A stretch of DNA of 64,000 bases, from the NCBI GenBank assembly GCA_902384455.1, contig CABMCB010000071.1, positions 96,001 through 160,000 on the forward strand, given 5' to 3'. Each line of letters begins with the position of its first letter. Within the stretch, counting starts at the first letter, position 1. Below are positions 50,606 to 60,494 of the stretch, in pieces. The DNA comes from an uncultured archaeon (lineage in GTDB: Archaea; Altiarchaeota; Altiarchaeia; IMC4; SCGC-AAA252-I15). The notes below the pieces were generated by a model. It ran no database searches. It saw only the letters and a list, made by a program, of their open reading frames with translations, and was not told the DNA's origin. A program made the position numbers and the translations under genes.

Positions 50606-51832
50606 TTATGCGCCCACCAGATGCTGTTTGCCAAGAAGGTTCAGGATTTCCTGGAGGACTTTAGAGCCCTTAATGTGGCCTAATCCTCCCGTCATGCAGG
50701 GTCTTTCCCCGAATTCCTGCACTCCGTCGGGTCGGACTCCTGGGCCCCACATGAAAATGGGCACTGGGTCGCCTGTGTGCGCCTTGAGCGTGCAGGATGT
50801 GGAGTGGTCTCCTGTAAGCGCAATGACAGTGTCATCCATCGACAGCAGCACGTCTGACGCAGCGTCAATCTTCTCTATGAACGCCTTCTTGCCCTCGAAG
50901 TTTCCGTCTTCAGCAAGATTGTCAGCAGCCTTAACGTGGACGAAAACATACTCGTAGCCTTCCTCAAACGCCTTCTTCGCCCTCAAAAACTTGTTCCTCA
51001 CGTTGGTGTCAGGCTTACCTGTAGCGCCTTCACAATCCAAAATGTCGAATCCAACCGCCTTCGCCACACCCTTATACAATCCCGCTCCTGCGACGCAGGC
51101 GGCCTTCATGTGGTAGCGTTCCTGAAACGGCGGAATCTTGGTTACGACTCCTGCGCCACGAACCAAAACGAAATTCACAGGAGGCTTCCCCTCAGCAACA
51201 CGCTTCTTATTCTCAGGAATATCCTTCAAAACCTGATGGCACTTAAGCAAAAACGCATTCAAAATCCGCGCAGTCTTCTTCGCCTCAGGACTACCGTCAG
51301 TAGCAGAAGACTCCACGACCCTCAAACCCACCTCATGCGGATCAGGGTCAGTGATAGCCGCCGAAAGACCCGGCCCATGCATCACAACACCAATACGATG
51401 ACCAGTACCCGGCTTAAGGAAAAACTCAACATCCTCCACCTTAACACGCTCACCCAACGCCTCAACATAAGGCACAGTATCAGCCGGCCTACCCGCACGC
51501 CGATCCTTGATAATAAGATTATCATCCACAGTCGCAACATTACCCCTAAAAGCAACATCCCCATGCCTCAAATCCATACCAATACCGGCGGCCTCAAACG
51601 GTCCCCGTCCGCTGTAGTACTTGTCTACTTCGTACCCCAGTAGTGTGAGGGTTGCTGTGTCGCTTCCGGGACGTATTCCGACACCCAAAGTGTGCATCAG
51701 TCCAGTTATGCCTTCGCGGGCAAGCCGGTCTAAGTTAGGGGTCTTTGCCGCTTCAAGGGGAGTTTTACCGTTGAATTCCTTTATTGGGCGGTCGCCTAGT
51801 CCGTCGCAGATTATAAACAATGCTTTAGCCAC
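50606..51832 (-). CDS. apgM: 2,3-BPG-independent phosphoglycerate mutase, archaeal type
   Basis: [44 protein letters not shown]. Confidence 0.93.
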   Translation of the reverse strand: MAKALFIICDGLGDRPIKEFNGKTPLEAAKTPNLDRLAREGITGLMHTLGVGIRPGSDTATLTLLGYEVDKYYSGRGPFEAAGIGMDLRHGDVAFRGNVATVDDNLIIKDRRAGRPADTVPYVEALGERVKVEDVEFFLKPGTGHRIGVVMHGPGLSAAITDPDPHEVGLRVVESSATDGSPEAKKTARILNAFLLKCHQVLKDIPENKKRVAEGKPPVNFVLVRGAGVVTKIPPFQERYHMKAACVAGAGLYKGVAKAVGFDILDCEGATGKPDTNVRNKFLRAKKAFEEGYEYVFVHVKAADNLAEDGNFEGKKAFIEKIDAASDVLLSMDDTVIALTGDHSTSCTLKAHTGDPVPIFMWGPGVRPDGVQEFGERPCMTGGLGHIKGSKVLQEILNLLGKQHLVGA

Positions 51833-51911
51833 AGTCCTTCACCTCATAGTAAATGGCAGACGCCGCTAATAACGCTTTGGTTTTAGGCGAAGGCGCACAA
51901 ATACTTCCTCA

Positions 51912-53414
51912 ATGCGTCTCACACACGTATTAGCGATTGCGGCATTAGCAACCGCACTTTTCGCCGCAGGATGCCTCAACGAAAACCCGGAAGCATCCCC
52001 CCCAATAAACAACCTGCAAACGACTACTACGCCGGCCGCAGCAATCAACCTGCATGAGGCTCAATTCGAGGGCGTCATCAGAGCCGGAGTCGGACCGCAG
52101 TTTGACGCAACAGGCAAATCCGTCGCATTACTCCTTTTCACGCCATCTATCCAAAGAACCCGCCTGACTTCCACAGACGTTTCCACAGGAATGGCGAAGG
52201 TAGACCTAATAATAGACGGCGCCCCAGTGAATGGCGTAGGACCAACAGTATACCCAGACGGTTCACTGGTGTATGCGCTTACCCAGAAAGAAGACGGCGC
52301 AATACTCTCAGCCGTGGACGTGTCATCCGGACTCGTCTCAGCGACAGTACGACCACCCGGAGTAGTAGTGCCATACCAGCCCCCAATCCTTGTAGGCGCA
52401 TTAATCATCATACCAACCTACTTAGACAACAAAACCCGCATATCAACATACCTCGCCAAAGGCCTCACTCCAGTATGGGACGCGGAATTAGACGGCTTTC
52501 CTGCGCCAAGTGTGGCCCCCCTAATAACAAACGATTACGTGGCGATGGCAGTAAGGAAAGACGACGGCACATCAGTTGTAAACGTCATAGACCCCAAAAC
52601 CGGGAAAACAACCGCTCAAACGGCACTCCCACGCGACCTAGTGCCTGGAGCAGGACCCATCGAAATCAGCGCCGGCAAAATAGGGGTAGCGACAGAACAC
52701 AGCGAAACAGGAGACTCCGCATTCACAGCAATAGACGCCTCAACAGGAAACACAATATACGAAGCCCCCCTCGAAGGCGAACTAGTCGGCAGAGTCGCAC
52801 CAATACAAACCCCAAACGCCATCATAGTAGCCACAAACACCCAAAAAGGCATAATAACATTCATAAACCCGCAAACAGGCGACCAACAAAAAACATACCT
52901 CAACGCACCCATACCCCCCGGAATAACACCCCTGCTAACGCCCGACGGAAAAATAGCCGCAGCAACCCAAGCACAAACCGCCGCAATAGAAACAGCAACC
53001 CCAGACGGCACAACAACAGAAACACCCATATCCGGCAACTACGCCATCCACACAAACATACTCCAAAACGAAGGCCTAATATACGCGTTCACCAACAGAG
53101 AAAACGAATCATACATGACCGCAATAAACGAAACCACCGGCAAAATAAAATACCGAAAAGAACTAAACGGCTCAATAGACCCCGCAGTAAAAACAGCACT
53201 AACCCACGACGCAACAGCATTCGCATACTCACTAGCCCCCGCAATAGCCGCACTAAAAACCGCAAACTTCAACCAAAAAGCAATCGCAATAGCCACAGAA
53301 GACGAAACCACAGTCTACTTCCACCTACTATCCCCCCAAACAGGAGAAACACTCGCACTACAAGAAACACAAGGCCGAATCTGGCCTGCAGTAAGCCCAA
53401 TAACGCCCTACTAA
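51912..53414 (+). CDS. Beta-propeller lipoprotein
   Basis: AAGC lipobox; repeated A-I-D-x-x-T-G blades. Confidence 0.78.
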   Translation: MRLTHVLAIAALATALFAAGCLNENPEASPPINNLQTTTTPAAAINLHEAQFEGVIRAGVGPQFDATGKSVALLLFTPSIQRTRLTSTDVSTGMAKVDLIIDGAPVNGVGPTVYPDGSLVYALTQKEDGAILSAVDVSSGLVSATVRPPGVVVPYQPPILVGALIIIPTYLDNKTRISTYLAKGLTPVWDAELDGFPAPSVAPLITNDYVAMAVRKDDGTSVVNVIDPKTGKTTAQTALPRDLVPGAGPIEISAGKIGVATEHSETGDSAFTAIDASTGNTIYEAPLEGELVGRVAPIQTPNAIIVATNTQKGIITFINPQTGDQQKTYLNAPIPPGITPLLTPDGKIAAATQAQTAAIETATPDGTTTETPISGNYAIHTNILQNEGLIYAFTNRENESYMTAINETTGKIKYRKELNGSIDPAVKTALTHDATAFAYSLAPAIAALKTANFNQKAIAIATEDETTVYFHLLSPQTGETLALQETQGRIWPAVSPITPY

Positions 53415-53441
53415 ACGGCTTCTCCAGCGGCGGAGCTAACT

Positions 53442-54983
53442 CTACTTCCTCAATATCCTATTGACTCCGTTAATGAACGCAAGCACACTCGCCATCACAA
53501 TATCCTCATGAACAGCCCGAGCCATAGTACTCCTACCATTCTTACTAACCCTAATGGTGACGTCGGCTAAAGCGTTGCTTCCTCCGCTTATTGCGTCCAA
53601 GTGATACTCGTCAAGCTGGATGTCAGGGTCGCCTAAAGCCTTCCTAATCGCCTTCAAAGTGGCGTCCACAGGACCTACTCCGTCCTCAGTAGCCTTCTTC
53701 TCCTGCCCGTGAACCATAAGCACGACCGAAGAAAGAGGCGCTTTGCCTAAACGCGCTGAAAGAGACAAGTCCCTAAGCTCAACCAATCGTCCTTCCCCGC
53801 TTCCGCTGCCTACAAGGTCTTCGGCTATGGCAATCAAGTCCTCTTCAGTCACCTTCTTGCCTTTATCTCCTAAGTCCTTCACCTTGCGGGTTATGGCATG
53901 AGCCTGCTCGTCGCTGACCGCAACGCCCAACTCCTTAAGCTTAGCGGCTACGCCAGCGGCGCCAACTAGTTTCCCCACAAGTATGCGGCGTTTAGCGCCA
54001 ACCATCTCAGGGTCAATAGCTTCGTAAGTGGACGCCTTAGCCAGCACCCCGTGCACGTGGACTCCTGATTCGTGGGCGAAAGCGTTGCTTCCGACGACAG
54101 GGAAATTAGGCATAACCCTAATCCCAGTCAGGCGCTGCACAATCTGGCTTACCTCAAAGATGCGCTTAGTGTTGACGTTGCTTTCCACTTTATGAATCAA
54201 CTTCAACCCTAAAACCACCTGCTCAAGGTCGGCGTTCCCCGCCCTCTCACCCAAGCCGTTGACGGTAACGTGCGGTATTTCAGCTCCAGCCATCACGCCT
54301 GAAATAGTGTTGGCTACCGCCATCCCGAAGTCGTTGTGGCAGTGCACCGCAAGAGGAATCTTAACCTCCTTCTTCAGCTCGCTAATCAGCCAGTACATCG
54401 CCTGCGGCGTCATCACTCCCACAGTATCAGGTATGTTGATGTGGTCGGCTCCTGCCTCTTCCGCTGCCTTAACCACCTTCTTTAGGAAAGGAAGCTCAGT
54501 CCGGCACGCATCCTCAGGGCTAAAGTGAACGGAAACACCCCTCTCCTTAACGTAACGGATGCTCCTTACGGCATTAGCAAGAACATCATCCTCGCTCATC
54601 TTCAGCTTATACTTCCTGTGAATTGGGCTTGTGCCTATGAAAATGTGGACTAAATCGACGTCCGCGGCAAGCGCCGCATCCAAATCCTTCTCCACGCACC
54701 GGGCCAACCCACACACCTTAGCGGAAAAGCCAGCGCCAGCCATCCTCATAATGACCTCACGCTCACCGTCACTCGACACGGGAAACCCGCCCTCAATTAT
54801 GTCGACTCCAAGCTCATTCAAGGCCTCCGCTATGCTAAACTTCTCGTCCAAAGTCAAGGCTACACCCGGCGTCTGCTCGCCGTCCCTCAAAGTAGTGTCA
54901 AACACCTTAACCCTCTTGGGCTTCCTCTCAAACTTCACCTGACTATCGTACCAAAACTGGTCGACTCCATCATTATCCATCAT
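53442..54983 (-). CDS. leuA: 2-isopropylmalate synthase (LeuA/CimA family, with C-terminal regulatory domain)
   Basis: DTTLRDGEQTPG, HCHNDFG, GLGERAGNA, AHESGVH, GVGPVDA. Confidence 0.85.
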   Translation of the reverse strand: MMDNDGVDQFWYDSQVKFERKPKRVKVFDTTLRDGEQTPGVALTLDEKFSIAEALNELGVDIIEGGFPVSSDGEREVIMRMAGAGFSAKVCGLARCVEKDLDAALAADVDLVHIFIGTSPIHRKYKLKMSEDDVLANAVRSIRYVKERGVSVHFSPEDACRTELPFLKKVVKAAEEAGADHINIPDTVGVMTPQAMYWLISELKKEVKIPLAVHCHNDFGMAVANTISGVMAGAEIPHVTVNGLGERAGNADLEQVVLGLKLIHKVESNVNTKRIFEVSQIVQRLTGIRVMPNFPVVGSNAFAHESGVHVHGVLAKASTYEAIDPEMVGAKRRILVGKLVGAAGVAAKLKELGVAVSDEQAHAITRKVKDLGDKGKKVTEEDLIAIAEDLVGSGSGEGRLVELRDLSLSARLGKAPLSSVVLMVHGQEKKATEDGVGPVDATLKAIRKALGDPDIQLDEYHLDAISGGSNALADVTIRVSKNGRSTMARAVHEDIVMASVLAFINGVNRILRK

Positions 54984-55008
54984 CTCACACTCAAATGTTT
55001 TTCACGGC

Positions 55009-55042
55009 AAAAAAACAAAAAAAGGGACAATTATCATCGTCC
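55009..55042 (-). terminator. Hairpin plus U-tract terminator in the leuA leader
   Basis: Minus strand GGACGAT-GATA-ATTGTCC followed by CTTTTTTTGTTTTTTT. Confidence 0.65.
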
Positions 55043-55079
55043 GACGGCGGAATACAGCGCCACACGGCTGCTGCTCCCG

Positions 55080-55154
55080 CTACATAAGCAACAGAAATAA
55101 GCTGCGGAAGACCGGCTGAAAACAACCCGCCGAACAAAAACCGCACGATTCCAT
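55080..55154 (-). CDS. Putative leuA leader peptide MESCGFCSAGCFQPVFRSLFLLLM
   Basis: Manually translated 24-codon ORF; 4 Leu in the last 6 codons; TTTTTAT box ~24-30 nt upstream. Confidence 0.5.
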   Translation of the reverse strand: MESCGFCSAGCFQPVFRSLFLLLM

Positions 55155-55199
55155 ACTAAAACCTACACCAAACAAACATAAAAACGCAGCAAAAACCCT

Positions 55200-55553
55200 T
55201 TACTCAACCGCAACCGCGTTCACAAAACCATCCTGACCCGGACGACTAGTAACCCGCGCCTTAAACTCCTTACCACCATCCTTAACGACGATAACAGCGC
55301 CCTTAGTAATAATGTTCCTTCTGCTGAAGTCCTTGTTAGCAGGATTATCACTCACGGTCACAATACCACAAACAACATTCTTACCGCCAATAAGCACATT
55401 AGCAGAACCGGCAACATCCAACTTAACCTTAAAGCCGCCGCCCTTAACCCTAACATGCTTCCTCTTAACCTCGCCCACCCCAGTCTCAGCAGGCTGCCGA
55501 CCAACATTATACTTCCGCTTCTTCTCGGTCTTAGATACCTTACCGTGATACAT
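55200..55553 (-). CDS. rps8e: 30S ribosomal protein S8e
   Basis: KKRKYNVGRQP, VRVKGG, NPAN..FSRRNIITKGAVI, VTSRPGQDG. Confidence 0.95.
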   Translation of the reverse strand: MYHGKVSKTEKKRKYNVGRQPAETGVGEVKRKHVRVKGGGFKVKLDVAGSANVLIGGKNVVCGIVTVSDNPANKDFSRRNIITKGAVIVVKDGGKEFKARVTSRPGQDGFVNAVAVE

Positions 55554-55642
55554 GATGCAAAAGATAGGAAGAACCCCTTAAAAAACAACAAACCAACCAT
55601 ATTTAACCCCCAATCCCATACCTAAACACCAATTCAATCACG

Positions 55643-56416
55643 GTGGAAACCATGACAGAAAAAACACAATCACGCTGCCCAACCGGCATAACCGGCCTAG
55701 ACAACATGCTAGGCGGCGGACTGCCAAGAGGAAGAACAATACTCGTCTCCGGAAGCTGCGGAACAGGAAAAACAACCTTAGCCCTCCAGTTCCTCATGGA
55801 CGGTATATCAAAATACAACGAGCCCGGCATATACGTCACACTAGAACAAAGCGGAGACGAAATAAGAAAAGACGCACTCCAATTCGGCTGGGACCTACCC
55901 AAACTAGAAGCAGAACGCAAACTACTCATAATAGACACATCACTTAGCAAAATAGGAATCAAAGACTTCATCACAACACTACCCATATCCCCAACCACAA
56001 GCTTCAGCTTACTACCAGACGAATTCGACCTAAACAAAATAGTCGGACTAACCGTGGAAGCAGCCCGAAAATTAGGCGCAAGACGAATAGTAGTCGACAG
56101 CCTGCCGGCACTCGACGTCCTGTTTAAGGAAACGCACGACATACGCAGGGCGCTGGTCAACCTCAACTACGAATTCAAGGCAAGCAACCTGACGACAATA
56201 CTCATCGGTGAAACAGAAGACGAAGACGGCGTGACCAAAATCCCCGTAGCCGACTACATCTCAGACGGTGTAATACTTTTGAAAAACAATGAAGCCCTCG
56301 ACATGCGCACAATCCGGATACGCAAGATGCGCACTGCAAAACACACGCTAAAGCCGCAGACATACGAGATAACCCCCAAGGGCATAGAAATCAAGGAAGC
56401 TAAAAGCATACTATAA
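55643..56416 (+). CDS. KaiC/RAD55-like ATPase
   Basis: TGITGLDNMLGGG, GSCGTGKT, YVTLEQ, IVVDS, DGVI, IRKMR. Confidence 0.92.
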   Translation: METMTEKTQSRCPTGITGLDNMLGGGLPRGRTILVSGSCGTGKTTLALQFLMDGISKYNEPGIYVTLEQSGDEIRKDALQFGWDLPKLEAERKLLIIDTSLSKIGIKDFITTLPISPTTSFSLLPDEFDLNKIVGLTVEAARKLGARRIVVDSLPALDVLFKETHDIRRALVNLNYEFKASNLTTILIGETEDEDGVTKIPVADYISDGVILLKNNEALDMRTIRIRKMRTAKHTLKPQTYEITPKGIEIKEAKSIL

Positions 56417-56435
56417 GCCACCAGACGCGCAACCT

Positions 56436-56921
56436 ATGATTCTCCCCAAAAGATTCTTCGTGACCGTAGGACGCGGAACAAGCACCACTAGCGCACTTAA
56501 CGCATTCGACAACGCCTTAGCCGCAGCCGGAATAGACCGCTGCAACCTCGTCCCAGTATCAAGCATCCTGCCGACAGACGCAATCCAGATTCCCCCAGTA
56601 AAAATCCCAGCAGGCACAATAACATTCTGCGTCCTATCACGCTACGACGGATTCGGAAAAGAAGGCGCAGCAGGAGTCGGATGGACACGCGGCGAAATCA
56701 AGAAAACAAGAGACAGATTCGGGATGGTCGCCGAAGGCAGCGGAAAAACAACAAAAGACGTAGAATCAGAACTAAAAAATAAACTCCAGGAAATGGCGAA
56801 AAGCCGCAGCATGACCCTACAAAAAGACATACAAACGGCAGTAACCCCAACCGGCAAAGTCCCTGAAAAAACATTCTGCAGCGCAATAGCTGCCGTAATA
56901 TTCGTTCCAGAAGCAGACTAA
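56436..56921 (+). CDS. pdaD: Pyruvoyl-dependent arginine decarboxylase
   Basis: LNAFDNALAAAGI..CNLVPVSSILP with the Ser-Ser cleavage site. Confidence 0.9.
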   Translation: MILPKRFFVTVGRGTSTTSALNAFDNALAAAGIDRCNLVPVSSILPTDAIQIPPVKIPAGTITFCVLSRYDGFGKEGAAGVGWTRGEIKKTRDRFGMVAEGSGKTTKDVESELKNKLQEMAKSRSMTLQKDIQTAVTPTGKVPEKTFCSAIAAVIFVPEAD

Positions 56922-57003
56922 ACCCCTTTTTAATTAACTCCTACCAACATATAACGTGGTGGGACTCGTGCGCCTTTCCAAAGAGGCCTAACCTTAACCC
57001 ACG

Positions 57004-57618
57004 ATGCCCACAGAAAACGCAATTCTACCGATAATAAAAGCGGTTGCATTAATCGGAAGCTACGCCTTCCTAGGATTCGGCATAAAATACATAGACCAAG
57101 CATACGACGTCAAAATATTCAACCGCACAATAGCCCGCGCACTAGCCGTAATATGCGGAATACTAATGGGCCTGCTCATAGCCCTAGACGAAACATCCGC
57201 AATGATACTTCTGGCCATAATCGTAGGCGTCGCAATAACCCGCAAAATAGACAACTACGCATTCTACGCCGGAGCAATACTAGCATTCATAACTCCAATA
57301 TTCTTCGACGGAATCAGAATACACTGGATGGGCCTGGCAGGCCTAATAATAGCAGGAACACTCGACGAAGAACTAAACAACTACGCAGACAAAAGAAAAC
57401 TCCCCAAAATAATATCCACCCTACTATACCTACGCCTCATAATGAAACTAACAATACTCGCCTACGCATTAGCCGGCCAGATAAACATAATATACTTCTT
57501 CGCATTCATAGCATTCGACATAAGCTACATACTCGTCGACCAATACACCGCAATGATCCTAAAACGTAAACCGCCGTTTAGGAAAAAACTCGCAACAATA
57601 AACACCAACAACCTTTAA
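57004..57618 (+). CDS. Polytopic membrane protein
   Basis: About 6-7 TMs with KYIDQAYD, KIDN and LDEE motifs. Confidence 0.75.
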   Translation: MPTENAILPIIKAVALIGSYAFLGFGIKYIDQAYDVKIFNRTIARALAVICGILMGLLIALDETSAMILLAIIVGVAITRKIDNYAFYAGAILAFITPIFFDGIRIHWMGLAGLIIAGTLDEELNNYADKRKLPKIISTLLYLRLIMKLTILAYALAGQINIIYFFAFIAFDISYILVDQYTAMILKRKPPFRKKLATINTNNL

Positions 57619-57643
57619 TTAACCCCAACCCCATACGATAACC

Positions 57644-58042
57644 ATGGGGGAACCCACCGTAAACCGCAAAGACCAAATCACAAAAGTCCTCATCGAAGAC
57701 CTGCAGCCACTCGAAGACATCTACTTCTGCTTCGTAGCAAGCAAAAACCTCGAAGGCATACTAGCCCCCATAAAAGAAGAACACAAAAACGAAATCCTAC
57801 CCATATGGGAAGACCTCAAAAACACAATGAACGAACTATTCGACGTAATCACACACTACAGTGAACACGGCCTAGATAAAATATACTTTGAACTAGGAAA
57901 CTACGACGTACTCTTCTTCATACTGCCCGGAAGCAACACCGCATTAGGCGCAGTCATACCCGCACTCGCAAACAGAGGACTACTTGAAGTAGAACTGGAA
58001 AACGCCCGACGCGCCATAATCAAAATTCTAGAAGAAACATGA
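57644..58042 (+). CDS. Roadblock/profilin-like fold protein (tentative)
   Basis: 132 aa helix-strand-helix pattern ending ANRGLLEVELENARRAIIKIL. Confidence 0.6.
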   Translation: MGEPTVNRKDQITKVLIEDLQPLEDIYFCFVASKNLEGILAPIKEEHKNEILPIWEDLKNTMNELFDVITHYSEHGLDKIYFELGNYDVLFFILPGSNTALGAVIPALANRGLLEVELENARRAIIKILEET

Positions 58043-59364
58043 ACCCTGCTGAAATAGCACTAAAAAAAGAAATCATGGGCGCCACACCCACCCCCAAACC
58101 AGAATTCAAAGCCGCAGTAGGCTTAAGCCGCAAATGGGACGCCAGAGAAGCAGGACGAGAAGTAGCCAGAAACACCCTAGAACAACTAGGAAAAGACCCC
58201 CACTTCCTCCTACTCTTCTCAACAATACACTACGAAAAACACGGCGGATTCCAAGAACTACTCAACGGCGTATACGACATACTACCCAAAGAAACACCAC
58301 TAATAGGCGGAACAGTCGCAGGATTCATAAACCAACAAGGATGCTACACACGAGGCGTCACAGCACTAGCAGCCAACTACCCAAACATGAACGTAGCAAT
58401 AGGAATAGGACACAACACACGTAAAAATCCGGCAAAAGCCGCCGAAGAATTATCCTCAAAAGTAAAAATATCAAATTCAAAAAATAATCTCCTTTTTTGT
58501 CTCATCCCCGGAGGGACCGTTCCAAGTTTTCCGGGTTTAGGACGAAAAAAAGTACTAAAATCTGGTTCAGTCGGAAATGCGGCAATAGGTTTGCTTGAAC
58601 TTTCAATAGAACTTTCTCAATTAGGTCCTGGACGAGAAGATGAAGTAATCGAAGAATTAAGCAAAGATTTGGAGAATTATTATATTCTGGGAGGTAGTAC
58701 AATGGACGATCTTAATCAAAATCGTTCATACCAATTTTTTAATAAAGCAGTTAGCACAACAGACGTTGTGGGATTAAACCTATCCTCAGATTTACTAAAT
58801 TATGAAATAATTACCACAGATGGTTTGAAAAAAACCGGCAAAACCCTGCATATCACAAAAAAATCGTTAAGAAATTGTGTTATAGAGGAAATTGATAATA
58901 AACCTGCTACGACAGAATTTTTACGGAAAATTAACTGGCCCGAAGATTTTCTGAATGAAAGGCTATACACAAAAACTTTTTATTACCCTCTTGGAGAAAC
59001 AGTTGAAGGAGTGCTAAGGCCTCAAATAATAGGGGCTTTTTTAGGGAATAATATTGCATGCGGATACAGCATAAAAACAAATGATTTAGATATCCTTTCC
59101 GCGTCTGGTCTGTCTTTAGTTGAATCAGCCAAAAACGCAATTCTACAAGCTAGCAAATACAAAATAAAAACATTAATTGGTGTTGTGTGTGCGACACAAC
59201 TTGAAACATTAGGACATAATATCTACCGGGTCTATAACGCAATATCTCCATTACTAGTAGACACCCCCTTTATTATCCTCTATTGCGCGGGTGAAGAAAG
59301 TTATTCGCCAAAAAGTCCTCCAAAACAACTTTATGACACGTTTAATATTGCCTCGATTAGCTAA
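58039..59364 (+). CDS. FIST-domain signal transduction protein
   Basis: AREAGRE, LIGGTVAG, ILGGSTMDD, EIDNKPA, YCAGEE. Confidence 0.85.
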   Translation: MNPAEIALKKEIMGATPTPKPEFKAAVGLSRKWDAREAGREVARNTLEQLGKDPHFLLLFSTIHYEKHGGFQELLNGVYDILPKETPLIGGTVAGFINQQGCYTRGVTALAANYPNMNVAIGIGHNTRKNPAKAAEELSSKVKISNSKNNLLFCLIPGGTVPSFPGLGRKKVLKSGSVGNAAIGLLELSIELSQLGPGREDEVIEELSKDLENYYILGGSTMDDLNQNRSYQFFNKAVSTTDVVGLNLSSDLLNYEIITTDGLKKTGKTLHITKKSLRNCVIEEIDNKPATTEFLRKINWPEDFLNERLYTKTFYYPLGETVEGVLRPQIIGAFLGNNIACGYSIKTNDLDILSASGLSLVESAKNAILQASKYKIKTLIGVVCATQLETLGHNIYRVYNAISPLLVDTPFIILYCAGEESYSPKSPPKQLYDTFNIASIS

Positions 59365-60491
59365 AGTGAACGGATTTTTTCAGCCCACTCACTTCTTACC
59401 GCCTTATCAACTTTTCTATCTGAAAATGCACGATAAAAATCATCCTTGATTTTTGTAGTACTCTCCAAATCTTCACCCAATTTCGCTCCTATATACCTCT
59501 TTTCTTCCCAACATTTTCTGTACATTAGCAAATTTTTTTTCTTCCATTTTCCTTGTCTAATTGCGTTTATAGACGTCTCACCTGCAGCAATTCCTGATAG
59601 CATAGATGGGACAATACCCTCACCTGTGATTGGCTCAACGATACCTGCAGAATCCCCAACTAAAATAATGCCGTTCCCAATCGTATTCCGTGCTGGCAGG
59701 GGTCCACACGTTGGGATACCACCCCCTCTAATCTCCTCTATGGTATACTCTCTTCCAATAATCTTATGTAACGGTAAATATTTTTGTATCAAAAATACTA
59801 ATGCTTTTTTTAAATTATTTCCCGGAGCTACTGCAACACCTATATTAGCAGTATTTTTCCCTTTTGGAAATACCCACCCATAACCTGATGGAAATTCCTC
59901 GCCAAAAAATACATGCCAGTAGTTATTTTCTTTAATTTTTACTCCACTTACAAGTAACTCGTAAGCAACAGCGTATTCTCCCTGTTTCCACGGTTTTCTA
60001 ATATTAGCCCATCTACCAACGTTTGCTTCAAAACCATCTGCGCCAATAACTATTTTTGTAGAAATATCAAAATTTTTATTATCTCTCCCAACTTTTACTT
60101 TTATTCGATCTCCTCTAAATTCAAGTCCCTTCGCAGTAGCACCAGTATAAATGTTGGCGCCTTTTTCAGAAGCTATATCAGATAAATACTTATCAAAAAT
60201 TTTTCTATCTAGAGTAAAACCTCGCCATTTCTCTCCGGAAAAAAAATATTCTTCGTTATAAAAATAAATTTTTGTACCATCTATCTCCTGATTAATAAAA
60301 GATTTTTCTGATGGTATTCCAGTATCTTGGAAGGCGTCCTTATTTATAGCTTCTGCGCATCTAACCGGACTTCCAATTTTCTCGTCTTTCTCAATATTAA
60401 TTACGTCTAATCCCCCTTCAGCGGCAATTTTTGCAGACATTGACCCCGCCGGTCCTGCTCCTACTACTAGTACGTCGCATTCTTTTTTCAT
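59361..60491 (-). CDS. Geranylgeranyl reductase family flavoprotein
   Basis: VVGAGPAG, PVRCAE, DRKIFD, GADG, GYGWVFP, VGDSAG...GEGI. Confidence 0.92.
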   Translation of the reverse strand: MKKECDVLVVGAGPAGSMSAKIAAEGGLDVINIEKDEKIGSPVRCAEAINKDAFQDTGIPSEKSFINQEIDGTKIYFYNEEYFFSGEKWRGFTLDRKIFDKYLSDIASEKGANIYTGATAKGLEFRGDRIKVKVGRDNKNFDISTKIVIGADGFEANVGRWANIRKPWKQGEYAVAYELLVSGVKIKENNYWHVFFGEEFPSGYGWVFPKGKNTANIGVAVAPGNNLKKALVFLIQKYLPLHKIIGREYTIEEIRGGGIPTCGPLPARNTIGNGIILVGDSAGIVEPITGEGIVPSMLSGIAAGETSINAIRQGKWKKKNLLMYRKCWEEKRYIGAKLGEDLESTTKIKDDFYRAFSDRKVDKAVRSEWAEKIRSL

Positions 60492-60494
60492 ATT

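Noticed and set aside
52475-53464. 329-aa Arg/Asn-rich ORF
   Set aside because: Alternate frame of the propeller lipoprotein; the T-poor A/C-skewed DNA lacks stop codons
55603-56166. 187-aa minus-strand ORF
   Set aside because: Antisense shadow of the KaiC-like ATPase
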